A stretch of DNA of 64,000 nt from an uncultured Acidimicrobiales bacterium (lineage in GTDB: Bacteria; Actinomycetota; Acidimicrobiia; Acidimicrobiales; SZUA-35), in the NCBI GenBank assembly GCA_937922045.1, contig CAKZXA010000032.1, forward strand, positions 7,710 through 71,709, written 5' to 3'. Within the stretch, counting starts at the first letter, position 1. Each line of letters begins with the position of its first letter. This document shows positions 19,087 to 28,422 of this stretch, piece after piece. The notes beneath the pieces were generated by a model. That model was not told where the DNA came from, did not search any database, and saw nothing but the letters and a program-made list of their open reading frames with translations. A program made the translations under genes and the position numbers.

Positions 19087-20380
19087 ACCCCGTTCGGTGG
19101 CCGTTGTTGGCGCCGGCTACGTCGGATTGACGACCGGAGCTTGTATGGCCGAGATCGGTCACTCGGTGATCTGTGCAGACACCATCCGTGAGAAGGTAGA
19201 ACGTCTACAGGTCGGCGATATCCCGATCCACGAGCCCGGCTTGTCCGACATCGTGACGAAGAACCTCGCTTCCGGCCACCTGAGCTTCGTTGTTGGCGCG
19301 GCAGCTGCAGTTGCCGATGCTGATGTGGTGTTCTTGTGCGTCCCAACCCCTCAGGGTGACGATGGACGCGCTGACCTGCAGTATGTGTATGCAGCGGCCA
19401 AGGAAATCTCTCAGCTGATGAAGCCGGGAACTGTTGTGGTCAACAAGTCGACGGTTCCGGTCGGAACCGCTGATGCCGTTGCGGCCATCATCGATCGCGA
19501 CGACATCGAAATCGTGTCGAACCCAGAGTTTCTACGCGAAGGCACCGCGGTCTCAGACTTTCTCAATCCAGAGCGAGTTGTCGTTGGAGCCCAGGAGACA
19601 CAGGCCGCGGCCCGGGTCGCCGGCCTCTACGGCACCCTGGGAGCGCCCATCCATCTCACCGACACACGGTCGGCGGAGATGTCGAAGTACGCAGCGAACG
19701 CCTTTTTGGCCACCAAGTTGAGCTTCGTCAATGAGGTCGCAACGCTCTGCGAGAGCGTTGGTGCGGATGTCTCGGATGTGATGAAGGTCATGGGTTCCGA
19801 CTCTCGTATCGGTGCCCAGTTCCTCTCGCCTGGTCCCGGTTGGGGCGGTTCATGCTTCCCCAAGGACACCAGGGCCTTGTTGGCATTGGCCAACGATAAC
19901 GAGTGCGACTTCGAGATGCTTCGAAGCACGATTGACAGCAACGAATCTCAGTTTGACCGGGTGGTCGGCCGCATTACCGGTCTGCTCGGCGGATCTCTTG
20001 TCGGCAAGAAGATAGCGGTTCTCGGGTTGGCCTTTAAGGCTGGCACCGACGATACGCGAGATTCGCCCGCGATCGCTGTCATCCGGCGACTCATCGCCGA
20101 CGGAGCCACGGTCGTCGGGTACGACCCGGTGGCGCAAGATGTGGTGCTCGAAGGCCTGTCGAAGGCGGTTGAACCGTACAGCGCAGCCGATGGTGCCGAC
20201 ATCCTGGTCATCTTGACCGAGTGGGCCGAGTTCGGAAAGCTCGACTTCGGCAAAATCTCTGAACTCATGAATCAAGCCCTGATATTCGACGCTCGAAACC
20301 TTCTCGCCGGCGAAGATCTTAAGGAGCTCGGTTTCGAGTACGCATCACTCGGTGTGACGGAGAATGTAGCGGTTAGCTAA
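19067..20380 (+). CDS. ugd: UDP-glucose 6-dehydrogenase
   Basis: Rossmann motif VAVVGAGYVGL and catalytic Cys motif GWGGSCFPKD. The 437-aa length is typical. Confidence 0.9.
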   Translation: MQIEVLEPRSVAVVGAGYVGLTTGACMAEIGHSVICADTIREKVERLQVGDIPIHEPGLSDIVTKNLASGHLSFVVGAAAAVADADVVFLCVPTPQGDDGRADLQYVYAAAKEISQLMKPGTVVVNKSTVPVGTADAVAAIIDRDDIEIVSNPEFLREGTAVSDFLNPERVVVGAQETQAAARVAGLYGTLGAPIHLTDTRSAEMSKYAANAFLATKLSFVNEVATLCESVGADVSDVMKVMGSDSRIGAQFLSPGPGWGGSCFPKDTRALLALANDNECDFEMLRSTIDSNESQFDRVVGRITGLLGGSLVGKKIAVLGLAFKAGTDDTRDSPAIAVIRRLIADGATVVGYDPVAQDVVLEGLSKAVEPYSAADGADILVILTEWAEFGKLDFGKISELMNQALIFDARNLLAGEDLKELGFEYASLGVTENVAVS

Positions 20381-20428
20381 CAGCAGAGTTAGCTGAAGAG
20401 CTTCGAACGAGATGCAGGGCGGCAGTAG

Positions 20429-21460
20429 ATGAGAATACTCGTAACAGGTGGTTCAGGGTTTGTGGGTAGCCACACGGTGGCTCTCCTGCTCGACAAAGGA
20501 TTCGACGTCACCGTCGTTGACAACTATTCGAACTCACTGGTCGAGGCTGAAGGAGCCATCGAGCGCGTGGCATCAGCCCGACCCGAGTTCTGTCGCCTCG
20601 ACATACGCGAGACCGACGAGTTGCAACGAATCATGGCTCGGGTCGAGCCCGAGGTGATCATTCACTTCGCCGGCATGAAACACGTGGGGGAGTCCACCCA
20701 ACTGCCGCAGGAATACTACGACTGCAACGTTGGCGGGATGCTCTCGCTACTGACTGCAGCCAGAGAAACCGACACCCGCAAGATCGTCTTCAGCTCGTCG
20801 GGCTCTGTCTACGGCGAAACGAATCAACTTCCGATTCCTGAGAAACGCCCTCACGCTCCAACCAATCCCTATTCAACGACGAAGTCGGTTTGTGAACGGA
20901 TCCTTTCCGATTTGTGCACCGCCGATGAGTCATGGTCGGCGGTCGCCCTGCGCTACTTCAACCCGGCCGGAGCCCACCCATCGGGCCTGCTGGGCGAGTG
21001 GTGCGTTGGGCCACCGTCGAATCTGCTGCCGAGAGTGATCGAGGCCGCTGCCTGCGAGGATCCCGAAGATCGCAAGATGGTGATTCATGGCGACGACTTC
21101 GACACGCCGGATGGAACCGGGGTACGAGACTATGTCCACGTACAAGATGTGGCAGACGCCCATGTGCGGGCGATCGAAGTTCTAAACCAACCTGGATTGC
21201 CATCCGGTGGCTTTGAGGCATTGAACATCGGTCGAGGCCAGGGTGTGTCTGTGCGGGAACTGATCGTAGCCGTCGAGCAGGCATCGGGACGCGAGCTGAG
21301 CATCGAGGTCGGCCCACGCCGTCCAGGCGATGTTTCGGCGCTCTATGGCGACACATCCTTGGCAAGAGATCGGCTCGGGCTCGTCGACTACCGCGGACTG
21401 GATCAGATCTGTCAGGATGCGTGGCGGTTCAAGTCGATGCATCCGAACGGCTATACCTAA
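20429..21460 (+). CDS. galE: UDP-glucose 4-epimerase
   Basis: ILVTGGSGFVGSH, the SDR catalytic YSTTK (YxxxK), and LRYFNPAGAHPSG, which is typical of GalE. Confidence 0.9.
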   Translation: MRILVTGGSGFVGSHTVALLLDKGFDVTVVDNYSNSLVEAEGAIERVASARPEFCRLDIRETDELQRIMARVEPEVIIHFAGMKHVGESTQLPQEYYDCNVGGMLSLLTAARETDTRKIVFSSSGSVYGETNQLPIPEKRPHAPTNPYSTTKSVCERILSDLCTADESWSAVALRYFNPAGAHPSGLLGEWCVGPPSNLLPRVIEAAACEDPEDRKMVIHGDDFDTPDGTGVRDYVHVQDVADAHVRAIEVLNQPGLPSGGFEALNIGRGQGVSVRELIVAVEQASGRELSIEVGPRRPGDVSALYGDTSLARDRLGLVDYRGLDQICQDAWRFKSMHPNGYT

Positions 21461-22992
21461 GCGTTGCCCTCCAAGTGGGCGAGCTTGACCGATCGTCCAT
21501 CGGTTTCGAGTTCACCGTTCACGGTGCGAAGCGCAGCATCGACGCCAGGATCGACCGTTGGGTCAGTTCCCAGATCCAGCATCAGATCGCTGGTCGGGTG
21601 ATCGCGAGCAGCGCGCCGTAGCTCATCGGCAAACCGCTGGTACGACGCGAGCCAGAGGAGCCCTTGGGGTTCAACGCTGATCATGCCGTCTGGTCTGATG
21701 GTCTCAACGAGCTGCAAGGGACGGAGCAGATGGGCGATCGCCGAAAGGGCGATGCCGACGAGAACGGCCCATTGCACGTTAGGGGCTAGCGCCAGGGTGG
21801 CGGCGAAGGTCGTCCAGGCCAGGCCTGCGTGCATCCATGATCGTCTTCGCATAGAGGCAAGTTTTCTTGGCTGGAGAAGGCCCAGTACGGCGCCAACGAC
21901 GATGGCGCCCAGCACCGCTTGGGGGAGAGGATCCAGAACGCCGGCGAACGGCAGAAAGCAGAGAACAACAACGCCGGTTATGCCACCGCTCCACGTGGTC
22001 TTGGCTCCGGCCAGCCGATTGATCGAGCTTCTCGAAAACGAGCCTCCAACCGGGAAGCCACCGGAAACGGCGGCCGTTATGTTGGCCACACCCTGACCGA
22101 TCAATTCCTTATTGGCGTTCCACGGGATCGCGTCCTCCGCGGCATAGATGCGCGCTATCGACGAAGGCTCGGCGAATCCCACCAATGCAATCACGAGGCC
22201 GCCGATGGCAAGGGCGCCGAGAGCCTCGACAGAGATCGACATGCCTAGCGTTGGCATACCCTCTGGAATACCGGTCGGTTCACCGATGACGAGGCCGGGA
22301 TAGTCGACGGCTGAGGAGATAACGAGGCCGAGGATAACGGCCACCATGACACCGGGGAACAGGCGATGGAAGCGGCGACCGCCAAGCATGAAGATGAGTG
22401 TCATCGCTGAGATGAGTAGCGCCAGCACTTGCCACTGCTCGGGGTGGGTTAGAGCCCACAGTGCTTGCTCGAGCGTCGTGGTTTCGGGAACGAGCTCCGA
22501 AACCCCAAGGGCTTTGGGCAGTTGGGAGGAAAGGATTATGAGGGCGGCGGCCGAGGTGAACCCGATCATTACCGGCTCGCAGATCAGATAGGAGACCCAG
22601 CCCGCTCGGGCGAGACCGAGTCCGAGTCGGAATAGACCGACCAGCAGTGCGAGGACACCGGCCATGGCCACATAGTCGGGATTCTCGGACACGAAACCGG
22701 CGCTCTGCAGAGAGGCAAAGGTCAGCAGACTTGTGAGTGCGACTGGTCCGGTCTGCAGGTAGGGCGATGAGCCGAGGGGGGCGGCGGCGATGAGCGGAAG
22801 GGCTGATGCAAACAGGCCGGTGACCACCGGCATGTCGGCGATCTGGGCGTAGGCCAGCGATTGTGGGATCAAGACCAGTGCGACGCTAATCCCGGCGATC
22901 AGATCGGCGACATGAGGTCGGGCTGGTCCAACCCGTTGCCATATCGAGGAAGTCAAGACGACAACGGTAGCGGCTCGTACACGCACGATCAT
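21457..22992 (-). CDS. SulP family sulfate/anion permease with C-terminal STAS domain
   Basis: 511 aa. It has the SulP N-terminal signature (DLIAGISVALVLIPQSLAYAQIA), many TM segments, and a soluble C-terminal tail of about 100 aa. Its stop overlaps the galE stop region. Confidence 0.9.
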   Translation of the reverse strand: MIVRVRAATVVVLTSSIWQRVGPARPHVADLIAGISVALVLIPQSLAYAQIADMPVVTGLFASALPLIAAAPLGSSPYLQTGPVALTSLLTFASLQSAGFVSENPDYVAMAGVLALLVGLFRLGLGLARAGWVSYLICEPVMIGFTSAAALIILSSQLPKALGVSELVPETTTLEQALWALTHPEQWQVLALLISAMTLIFMLGGRRFHRLFPGVMVAVILGLVISSAVDYPGLVIGEPTGIPEGMPTLGMSISVEALGALAIGGLVIALVGFAEPSSIARIYAAEDAIPWNANKELIGQGVANITAAVSGGFPVGGSFSRSSINRLAGAKTTWSGGITGVVVLCFLPFAGVLDPLPQAVLGAIVVGAVLGLLQPRKLASMRRRSWMHAGLAWTTFAATLALAPNVQWAVLVGIALSAIAHLLRPLQLVETIRPDGMISVEPQGLLWLASYQRFADELRRAARDHPTSDLMLDLGTDPTVDPGVDAALRTVNGELETDGRSVKLAHLEGNA

Positions 22993-23024
22993 CGAAATGA
23001 CCGAACATTCGGTGTAGCAGCGGT

Positions 23025-24008
23025 TCAGGCCGCGCCATCTCGCTGGCTGGGATCCTGCTGGTTGATGAGGTGAAGGACAAGAGCGCCGATTACGAGGGGA
23101 GCACCAAGCCAGGTCGGGGCCGACGGAACTTCAGCCAGCAAGACCCAGGCTAAGAAGGTGGCGATGATGGGCTCGGTGAGCAGGGTCAAACCCACCGATA
23201 GGGAACCGATCCGGCCGAGCAGGTAGTTGAGACTGGTGTGGCCCAGGATTTGAGGTCCGATGATCATGGCACCGATGATGAGCCATGTTGTCTGGTCAAA
23301 ACCATTGAGCGCTACCGAAAAGCCGAGCGGACGAGCCACTAGCGTGGCGAGAAGTAGGGCTGTCGCCGCGATGGCATAGACCCGCGAAGCGTAGATTGCG
23401 GTGCCCAGTTCGGTTCGAAGCGATTCACCTAAAACGAGATAGATAGCGACGGTTGCAGCCCCGATGAGGGCGAGACCGTCGCCGACCAGGGCGCGTTGTG
23501 ACCAGGCACCCGACCCTGGTTGTGATTGGCCAAGGTCCCCAAAGGCGATCAGGGCGCTGCCAGCAAAGGCTGCGAGCAAGGCGAACAAGGTCAAGGCCGA
23601 GGGCCGTTCCGAGCCGACCATCCTCCAGGCCGCAATCATCAGTGGCGCAGTGGCAGCTAGCGTCACCGACGCCGACACCGTCGTCATCTCTAAGGATGCG
23701 AGCCAGGCGGCGAAGTGGCCGGCCAACGCTAGTCCTGAGATGGTCAGCAGGGTCCAGGTTCGACGCCTGGTCATACCGGTGGATCCCGACTTGTCGAGTG
23801 GCTGGTTAGACCGTAGTCGGACGCCGAGAGTGCTGGTCAGAAGGATGACCGAACCGCCGAGCGTTCGCCAGAACGCCAGTGCGATCGATGAGGCGTCGGC
23901 CCATCGCACCAGAATGGCTGAAGAAGCGATGGCGCATGCAGCCACCGCCAGCACGACATAGTCCAAGCTGGTGATGCGCCCCGTGGTGCCGTCAGGCTTG
24001 CCCGTCAT
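23025..24008 (-). CDS. EamA/DMT family transporter
   Basis: 327 aa with about 10 TM helices arranged as two EamA-like halves. Confidence 0.8.
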   Translation of the reverse strand: MTGKPDGTTGRITSLDYVVLAVAACAIASSAILVRWADASSIALAFWRTLGGSVILLTSTLGVRLRSNQPLDKSGSTGMTRRRTWTLLTISGLALAGHFAAWLASLEMTTVSASVTLAATAPLMIAAWRMVGSERPSALTLFALLAAFAGSALIAFGDLGQSQPGSGAWSQRALVGDGLALIGAATVAIYLVLGESLRTELGTAIYASRVYAIAATALLLATLVARPLGFSVALNGFDQTTWLIIGAMIIGPQILGHTSLNYLLGRIGSLSVGLTLLTEPIIATFLAWVLLAEVPSAPTWLGAPLVIGALVLHLINQQDPSQRDGAA

Positions 24009-24099
24009 GAGCTATCAGTTTCGGTGTGACAGGCTGAGTCGGCCAGGAAATCCCGTCCGGGGCGTTGAGATTCGGGTCTGATTCGGACACCATAGGCAG

Positions 24100-24981
24100 G
24101 TGACTGACGCAACCAGCGCTCCTTTGGGCAACAACGACCACCACGCCGAACCCTCTTCGGCTCCACAACTCGTCATCATGGCGGCAGGCCTCGGCAGCCG
24201 TTTCGGTGGGGTCAAGCAGTTGGCGAAAGTAGGGCCCGGCGGCGAGACGATCTTGGATTTCTCGATCAAGGACGCCTTGAGCGCTGGCTTCGCCGATGTC
24301 GTGCTTATCGTTCGCTCCGAGATCGAGGACGACGTCCGTGAACACGTGCTGGCCCAGCATGGTGCCGACATTGCTGTCTCCTATGTGCGCCAGGACGACC
24401 TGGGACCTCCCCGGTCCAAGCCGTGGGGAACGCTCCACGCCGTGCTTAGCGCCGCTAAGAGCCTGGATCGTCCTTTCGCTGTGCTCAATGCAGACGACTA
24501 CTACGGTCCATCGTCGTTCCAGGTTGCCTACGAGGCAGCTATCGGTCTGAGTAGGGGAGAGTCGGCCAATATCGTCTTTGAGATGGGGAAGACGGTGCCC
24601 CCATCAGGCGCCGTGTCCCGGGGATTGGTCCAGTTCGCAGACGGCTACCTGACCGAGATCGTCGAAACCCACGATTGTGAGCGGCTGGCCGATGGCACCC
24701 ATCGGGCAGGCGGGGTGGCAGTTGGTGCGGAGACTCCTGTCTCCATGAACTTCTGGTGCTTCCACCCATCAGTCCTCGACGACTTTGAGCGTCGTTGGCA
24801 GGAGTTCCTCGTCGCCAACGGTCACGAGGAGAAGTCAGAGGCACAGCTCCCGACCGTTGTCGGCGAGCTCATGGACGAAGGCACCCTGCGAGTACAGGTG
24901 CTTTCATCGCCAGAACAATGGATCGGTATTACGAATCCTGAGGACCTTGAGCTTGCTCAAGCTGCGCTAGCAACTCGGTGA
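24100..24981 (+). CDS. Sugar-phosphate nucleotidyltransferase family protein
   Basis: N-terminal NTP-transferase motif (LVIMAAGLGSRFGG.KQL), then KPWGTLHAV and LNADDYYG. GTG start. Confidence 0.7.
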   Translation: MTDATSAPLGNNDHHAEPSSAPQLVIMAAGLGSRFGGVKQLAKVGPGGETILDFSIKDALSAGFADVVLIVRSEIEDDVREHVLAQHGADIAVSYVRQDDLGPPRSKPWGTLHAVLSAAKSLDRPFAVLNADDYYGPSSFQVAYEAAIGLSRGESANIVFEMGKTVPPSGAVSRGLVQFADGYLTEIVETHDCERLADGTHRAGGVAVGAETPVSMNFWCFHPSVLDDFERRWQEFLVANGHEEKSEAQLPTVVGELMDEGTLRVQVLSSPEQWIGITNPEDLELAQAALATR

Positions 24982-26104
24982 CGAGCTGTCGCCGCTGAAG
25001 TTTGCCGATCGACGTTCTCGGAAGCGCCCCTCGCAAGACGAGCTGTTTGGGGGCCGCCCACGGAGCAAAACGGTCGCGCACATCGGCCTTGAGTTCTTCC
25101 AGCGAGGGAGGTTGCGCCGAGTCGGCGGGTACCACGACCGCTGTCACCCGATGCCCCCACTCAGGGTCGGGGAGGCCGACCAGAGCGACCTCATGAATGT
25201 CGGCTCGCCGGTTCAACCACTGTTCGATCGGGGTTGGCCACACCTTTTCGGCGCCGGTAACGATCACATCACCAGCCCTGCCGGCCACGACGAGATCGCC
25301 GTGAGTGTTCCACGAGCCGAGGTCGCCGGTTATGAACCAGCCCTCGCTGTCGGTGAGGCTCGTTCCGTCGCGGTAGCATCGCGCCAACATCGGGCCGCTC
25401 ACCGCAATCCGGCCATCGGTGTCGATACGTAGCTCGGCGCCGTCAAGAACCAACTGCCCATGCGGTGTCGAGTAGATGATCCCGGAGCCGGTCTCGGTCA
25501 TCCCGTAGGTCGCGACGACGTTCTCTGCCAGCTCGGTCGGTGGTGAGGCGCCGCCGATGAGCACCGTGCGAAAGATTGATGCTGGCACCTGTTGCAGCGC
25601 TCGGGTCACGAGGGATACGAGGTTGGCTCCTCGCCCTGCAGCGTCGATGACGGCCGCTGGATTGAAACCATCGTGGATCTCGACTGGGGTCGAGGTAACC
25701 ATGGAACGAAGCACGACGGAGAGCCCGCCGATATGGGCTAGAGGGAGACAGGCCAGCCATTTGTCCGATTCGGGCCGGACGTCGAGGGCACGACTTGTGG
25801 CCTTGGCTGAGGCCCGGATCGAGGCGTGGGTATGAACAACTCCCTTTGGGGCTCCGGTGGTGCCGCTGGTAGCGATCACCAGGGCATCACCGTCGTCTAC
25901 CGGGTAGCCACCTTCGAGCGCGGACCGTGTCCCGTCGGCCCCTATGAGTTCGTGTGGTCGAAGGGCTTCGAGGAGGCGTTGCTGCTCGTCGTCAGGGAGC
26001 CTGGGGTCGAGCGGAGCGAAGGCATCGCCAGCCTGCCAGACCTGGTCGATAGCATCGCGGTAGGACGGACCCGGTGGGAGCGAGAGCGCGACCAGACGAG
26101 GCAT
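24929..26104 (-). CDS. menE: o-Succinylbenzoate-CoA ligase
   Basis: AMP-binding motif TSGTTGAPKGV, short acyl-CoA synthetase length (391 aa), and men cluster context. Confidence 0.8.
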   Translation of the reverse strand: MPRLVALSLPPGPSYRDAIDQVWQAGDAFAPLDPRLPDDEQQRLLEALRPHELIGADGTRSALEGGYPVDDGDALVIATSGTTGAPKGVVHTHASIRASAKATSRALDVRPESDKWLACLPLAHIGGLSVVLRSMVTSTPVEIHDGFNPAAVIDAAGRGANLVSLVTRALQQVPASIFRTVLIGGASPPTELAENVVATYGMTETGSGIIYSTPHGQLVLDGAELRIDTDGRIAVSGPMLARCYRDGTSLTDSEGWFITGDLGSWNTHGDLVVAGRAGDVIVTGAEKVWPTPIEQWLNRRADIHEVALVGLPDPEWGHRVTAVVVPADSAQPPSLEELKADVRDRFAPWAAPKQLVLRGALPRTSIGKLQRRQLVTELLAQLEQAQGPQDS

Positions 26105-26293
26105 GCCGTAAGCCTAGTGGGGCCACACACGAGCCCAGCCCGCCACCCTCCGTGGGTCGATTGGCTCAGATTCGCGTGCCTGATGCCCAGATCACTCCAT
26201 CGGGAGCGCGATCTTGCCGAAATGGAAGAACGCGTGACGGCCTTCGCTAGATAGCCACCGTCACATCACAAAGACCTGCCACGAGGGAAAGCC

Positions 26294-27790
26294 ATGGAGA
26301 TCACCCAAACCGCTTCCAGTCCCGGAACGACATCGAGCCCTGGGGGCAGTGTGGACAACGATGTGATCGGGGAGTCGGCCGATCAGGACCGGCATGCGGC
26401 CAGGAGTCGGCGCGCTACCGACGACCATGAATCAATTGACCATGAATCAATTGACCATGAATCCGTCGCCGGTGGCCCGGAAACGGAACGGGGAGAGGCT
26501 TTGACTCCTCGCTGGGTTTCCAATGAAGAATGGAAGGCTGATAGCGGGCCGTCTGCCGATGGAGAGCCGCCCAGCGGTTGGCTCTTTGGTGATGCGGCAG
26601 CGGCCGGTTCGGCGCGGGCTTCAGCGGCAGAAGGTCGGCTCCCGTCCAACGCTGGAGCCATGCCAACGGCCGCGGCCCTGGACCACGGTGAGGGCGCAGT
26701 GATCGACGATCATGAGCAGCTCGAACTGAACGAGGCTCTTGAGGCTGAGACCCTCGCCGCATCAGAAGCCGAGATTGCCTGGCTCGCTGAGGCCGACAAC
26801 AACCAGGAAGAAGTTGGCGAAGCACGAACCGAGACGGATTCGCTCCATGCGGCCGTTCCGGCCAGCGATCGCGGTGTCGTATGGCGGAACGGATCGCTGG
26901 TTCCTTTCGCCGATGCGACCACCCATGTGTTGTCGCACATGGTGGCCTGCGGCTCACAGGTTCTCGAACAGGTGGCGGTCGTGTTTCAGGCGGATCAGGC
27001 TTCGGCTGTCGGTCTGCGAAATCGGGTAGCCCGCTTCCTTCGGGCGGCCGAAGCCCTCGGCATGGCCGATGTCGGCACCCAGCAACAGTTGGAAGCTGCC
27101 GTGGCCCAAGCGGTGTTCGCCAACCGCAGCACGGTGAGTCACCATGCCAACAACAACAGTCCGCTGATCGTGAAACTCGTCGCCGGTTGGACCGGTGAGA
27201 CGCTGAGCTTAGCGCCGATGTCGCCACGCCCATCGGTCTGGGTCTTTCCCCTCGCCCATCTCGGTTCGGTCGGGCTTGCCGATCTTCCGCGGCCGGCCAA
27301 GGCACGATCGATGACCTGCCCGTCAGGGGCTTCAGCCTCTCTCACTGGAGCTTGCCTTTCCGATCTGGTTCGCCCCCAAATCGAAGCTGGTCTGGCCGGT
27401 TTCGATCATCTGGTTCTTCGGAGTTCTGAAGATCTTCTGGCCGAATCTCCAATCAATGAGGTCGTCGTTGTTAGTGACGGTCGACTCGTGATGCTTCCTG
27501 CTCCCTCCCGTCAGGACGGGCTTGGGCGTCGCCTCATCGCCGATCTGGCCCTCGCCGAAGGTATCGAAGTAGAGCGTCGGCAGCTCGCATGGGATGAGAT
27601 CCTCGGCGCTGATGAGGTCTTCTTGTGCTCGGCCACCCGACCGATCCAAACCTTGGACCAGATCGACGACCAGAAGTACGGCGCTCCGAGCGACCTGCTC
27701 ACGTCCTTGTCCACCGCCCTCGACGTCTTGTTCAAGGGCGATCATGAACTCGGTGGTCGCTGGCTGAGCAACCTGAACGAACTGGCCTAG
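26294..27790 (+). CDS. Hypothetical protein: acidic, disordered N-terminus (~200 aa) plus aminotransferase class IV (fold-type IV PLP)-like C-terminal domain, possibly catalytically degenerate
   Basis: The C-terminal ~290 aa follow the BCAT/ADC-lyase pattern (VVWRNGSLVPFADATTHVLSH, GADEVFLCSATRPIQTLDQID). By manual alignment, the position of the catalytic Lys (AAKAGGNYLSS in IlvE) reads SASLTGACLSD. The N-terminus is D/E/S/A-rich and contains DHESIDHESIDHES. Confidence 0.5.
   Translation: MEITQTASSPGTTSSPGGSVDNDVIGESADQDRHAARSRRATDDHESIDHESIDHESVAGGPETERGEALTPRWVSNEEWKADSGPSADGEPPSGWLFGDAAAAGSARASAAEGRLPSNAGAMPTAAALDHGEGAVIDDHEQLELNEALEAETLAASEAEIAWLAEADNNQEEVGEARTETDSLHAAVPASDRGVVWRNGSLVPFADATTHVLSHMVACGSQVLEQVAVVFQADQASAVGLRNRVARFLRAAEALGMADVGTQQQLEAAVAQAVFANRSTVSHHANNNSPLIVKLVAGWTGETLSLAPMSPRPSVWVFPLAHLGSVGLADLPRPAKARSMTCPSGASASLTGACLSDLVRPQIEAGLAGFDHLVLRSSEDLLAESPINEVVVVSDGRLVMLPAPSRQDGLGRRLIADLALAEGIEVERRQLAWDEILGADEVFLCSATRPIQTLDQIDDQKYGAPSDLLTSLSTALDVLFKGDHELGGRWLSNLNELA
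26423..26464. repeat. 15-bp in-frame tandem repeat, 2.8 copies (gaccatgaatcaatt)
   Basis: Read directly from the sequence. It encodes DHESI-DHESI-DHES in the N-terminal region of CDS 26294..27790. Confidence 0.95.
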
Positions 27791-27837
27791 TAACCTGAAT
27801 CGGGCCTCCGGTTCGGACCTCTGGTTCGACGCTGACG

Positions 27838-28311
27838 TTAGGAATCGGCTTGGGCGCCTGGAGCCAGCTTCATCACGTAGTCATCGAGGCGCTTGGTCGC
27901 TCGCTCAGCGGCTACGTCGAGTACGCCGTCGAGCAGGCCAGACCACATGGCGCCGCCATAGGACAAGCTCATCGAGGCGGTCGAGGTGGTGGGTCCGTCG
28001 GCCATCACCGTGCCGTCCATTGTCCACGGAGCGTGATCGCGACCGTCTAGCTCGCTCCGTTCAAAACGAACGGTGGCCAGCTTCGGACCTGCATCGTGAA
28101 CGGTACGGACCATACGGAGACGTTTGGATCGAGCGAGGGGACCGACGCTGGCTCGTAAGGTCACGAGCCAGGCCTCGTCGTCGTCTCCGGCGTCGGTTCG
28201 CTTCACATCGGTGACGACGTCGAGCCAGGCCGGATAGGTCTCGATATCGGCGATCACATCGAAGACGGTGTTAGCGTCTCGTTCAATCTGGGTTGTGAAG
28301 GTCTTTTGCAT
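27838..28311 (-). CDS. SRPBCC (START/polyketide-cyclase/COQ10-like) family protein
   Basis: 158 aa after trimming to the ATG at 28311. The N-terminus (MQKTFTTQIERDANTVFDVIADIETYPAWLDVV) is typical of SRPBCC ligand-binding proteins. Confidence 0.65.
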   Translation of the reverse strand: MQKTFTTQIERDANTVFDVIADIETYPAWLDVVTDVKRTDAGDDDEAWLVTLRASVGPLARSKRLRMVRTVHDAGPKLATVRFERSELDGRDHAPWTMDGTVMADGPTTSTASMSLSYGGAMWSGLLDGVLDVAAERATKRLDDYVMKLAPGAQADS

Positions 28312-28422
28312 GCGATGGTTACGTGTGTTTCTGGGTTGGATGCCGCCCGTGGCGTGGAGCGAGGCCGAGAGGCGGATATCTCCTCGACCCAAGCCCAGGC
28401 TAGCGGGCGCTAGAATCGGACC

